The position numbers and the translations under genes were made by a program. Shown piece after piece: positions 61,935 to 64,000 of a stretch of DNA of 64,000 nt (the first letter of the stretch is position 1; each line of letters starts with the position of its first letter). The notes beneath the pieces were generated by a model, which saw only the letters and a program-made list of their open reading frames with translations, searched no databases and was not told the origin of the DNA. Source of the DNA: Raja brachyura (lineage: Eukaryota); assembly GCA_963514005.1 (NCBI GenBank), contig OY740812.1, positions 2,046,001-2,110,000 on the forward strand. The letters are read 5' to 3'.

Positions 61935-62472
61935 CATGGGCAATGTGTAGCTTTCTCATCCAAGGGAATATTTGTGGCTGCTGCTCTGGTGTTGTTGCCT
62001 GTGTTGCGTCTTGCTGTGCCCTGGGATGGCTGTTGGTGCTGTTGGCTTGAGTGCCCTCTTCGGCATCCGAGGATGCTCCGGCCTCGTCCATTTCTGTAAA
62101 ATTACTTGCTGAACTAGAGGAGGTAGTCGGGTCGGATGGGGAACCCTTGGCTCCGTGATTGTCCTTGCCGGAACAAGAGAGGGGTTCTGGAGATGAGAGG
62201 GTGCAGCTCGTTGCTTGCCTGAACCTGGTTTCTGTAGCTGGAGAATAGCTTCTGGAGTTTTCTGCATTAACCACTCCAAAGTGGTTAGATGAAGCTGAAC
62301 GGGTGATGCTAAGGTCCATACCATTGTAGTTGTAGCCGTAAGTGCCTGAATGCATGGTGCCTGAATCCCTGTATGGTCCGTTCTCGGAGCTGTTCGACCC
62401 ATAATTAAGTAACTGATAATCCGGGCCATTTTGATAGCGACCGGAGAATGAGTTTACAAAGTAAGAGCTCAT
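61935..62472 (-). CDS. HOXB5: HoxB5 exon 1
   Basis: MSSYFVNSFSGRYQNGPDYQLLNYG (B5-type)...QIFPWMRKLHIAH. The donor CATG|GTACAC is phase 1. Confidence 0.96.
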
Positions 62473-62499
62473 TTGGGTTTTTTTGGGTTGATTTGTGGT

Positions 62500-62700
62500 T
62501 GTTAGTCGTTATAACCCAGTCCTGCACGATTTATGATATATTAATGAATTATAGAAATGACTGTACTTCGTTCGCTTCTATGTATGCGGCCAAATATGGG
62601 GGGTGCGAGTCGCAATCACGTGCTTTTGTTGACCAGTCGTAAATTCTCACTGATGACCTCAAGGGGTAATTCATGCTCTATGGTTACAAATAATGACGAT
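62500..62700. promoter_or_regulatory. Conserved Hox5 promoter / 5' UTR block
   Basis: GATTTATGATATATTAATGAATTATAG, AATCACGTGCTTTTGTTGACCAGTCGTAAA and TGACCTCAAGGGGTAA resemble PG5 promoters. Confidence 0.6.
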
Positions 62701-64000
62701 CCGCGAATCGTTACGCCATGCGAATGCAGTGCTCCAAATGGTGGCCAGGTTTGCAGAGTGCGCCACCTACCTGCCGGGCTCCGTCAAAACACACCATTTA
62801 AGACCATTGCTTATCTATTAACATTGCCATTACATTAATAAGAAAACGACAAAGATACCTTTTAAATATCCCCACCTAAAAACAAAAACAAAAAAAACCC
62901 CACACGATCCAATGTCGTACTGCAGTTTGTCAACTGTTCTGCTCAATCTGTGACCGTGGATTCCTTCAAAAACGCAACAACAAAAAAATCAAAAATGCTA
63001 AGCGTAAACCGGCGATTCAATTATCTTTCAATTGAATTGGAAATCACGTTTTATAGCTGTATTTCGAGTGGAACGATTTATTTCGTTTTTGACCAGATAC
63101 GTTTAAAAACAATTAACTTGCCATCCTTAACTAGTCACTTAAATGTACGCGCTCATTGACTTACGCTCCTTGCTATGGGTGTGAGCCGTATTATTTGCTA
63201 CATGTTACAGTTTCAGTATGTTTGCGGGATTAAACTTCGTTTCGAACCTAAATAGTGTGTGCGCATAAACTATCCGAATATTTCTTTAGTCAATAAATTA
63301 TTGAAATTATACAGATCCTCTCAATGCGAAACACGGGCTAAATCTTAGAAAGTTGCGGTTTATGCCATATGTGTAGACCCTTATGTTCCACGGGCTGTGT
63401 GCAAAACACATTAATTTCCAGTACTCTATTTTGAGGTAATTATGTTAAAAAAAACGCACGACATAACTATTGTTTAAGTCCCCTAACATTGGGAGTCAAT
63501 ATGCTTTCTTGAAATTACCGTGCAATTATCTGACTTAAACGCAGGATAAATAATATGAATTGTTATTCTGGAGACTCGAATCCTTGATTTTGTTTTGGTA
63601 AACCGTATTAGCTAGTTATCGTGCTAGGATCTTTATCGGATCTCCCCAATCCAACTTACCTCCTAGAGAGTTCACTTCCTGGGAGTAACTACAAGGACTT
63701 TTGGCTCATTCAGTGGCAATTTGGTATTTGTTTTTGTATAGAAGGCTTTAAGCATTCACTAGACTGGGGTCTGTTTTAGTTTTGCGGGCATGCATAGTTA
63801 TGACGAGGGTACGCGTGTGCTCAAAACCAGTGTAAAATACGCTTGGAAAACACGATACCCAAACTGAAACATGTAGTTAGCTGGACTGCTACCGAAAAAC
63901 CTACACATGATTAAGCAACAAGGAATAAAACAATTGAAAGGAGAGAGGTGATTGTTAACAGCCACAATGCCCTTCGCTTTCTGCTTCCATCAGAAACTAT

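Noticed and set aside
61956-62429. Alternative-frame and antisense ORFs overlapping Hox exons (also 46066-46302, 23672-24103, 40303-40641)
   Set aside because: Expected by-products of GC-rich coding sequence, with no homology.

Overview
Eukaryotic DNA from a cartilaginous fish, most likely a skate/ray (inferred from the HE1 V-SINE, Deu-SINE and CR1 repeat complement). The window holds the anterior half of a HoxB cluster on the minus strand: HoxB1, HoxB2, HoxB3, HoxB4, miR-10a and HoxB5. Each Hox gene has two coding exons joined by a phase-1 GT-AG intron, and all splice into intact ORFs. Many classical vertebrate HoxB control elements are readable directly: the Hoxb1 3' DR5 and DR2 RAREs, the Hoxb1 r4 autoregulatory element, the Hoxb2 r4 Pbx/Hox+Meis and Krox20 blocks, the Hox3/4 DR5, the Hox4 intronic HB-1 element and the Hox4 5' DR5. 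The first ~16 kb, outside the cluster, is rich in transposon debris: Penelope-like GIY-YIG relics, CR1, L1-like, HE1, Deu-SINE and a Helitron end. The most unusual observation is that the dominant short dispersed repeat carries a minimal hammerhead-ribozyme core (CUGAAGA-stem II-GAAAC-GUH) and often occurs as inverted pairs with target-site duplications. Also notable are ancient Deu-SINE relics inside the cluster, an E-box + CCA(A/G)T module repeated at every Hox gene, and substitutions at homeodomain position 11 in HoxB2 and HoxB5. Seven N-gaps limit interpretation (3674-3832, 11552-11699, 30596-30826, 43160-43300, 44529-44728, 50257-50408, 61308-61450). Repeat boundaries are approximate, and family assignments and comparisons with other species come from recalled sequences, not from a database search.
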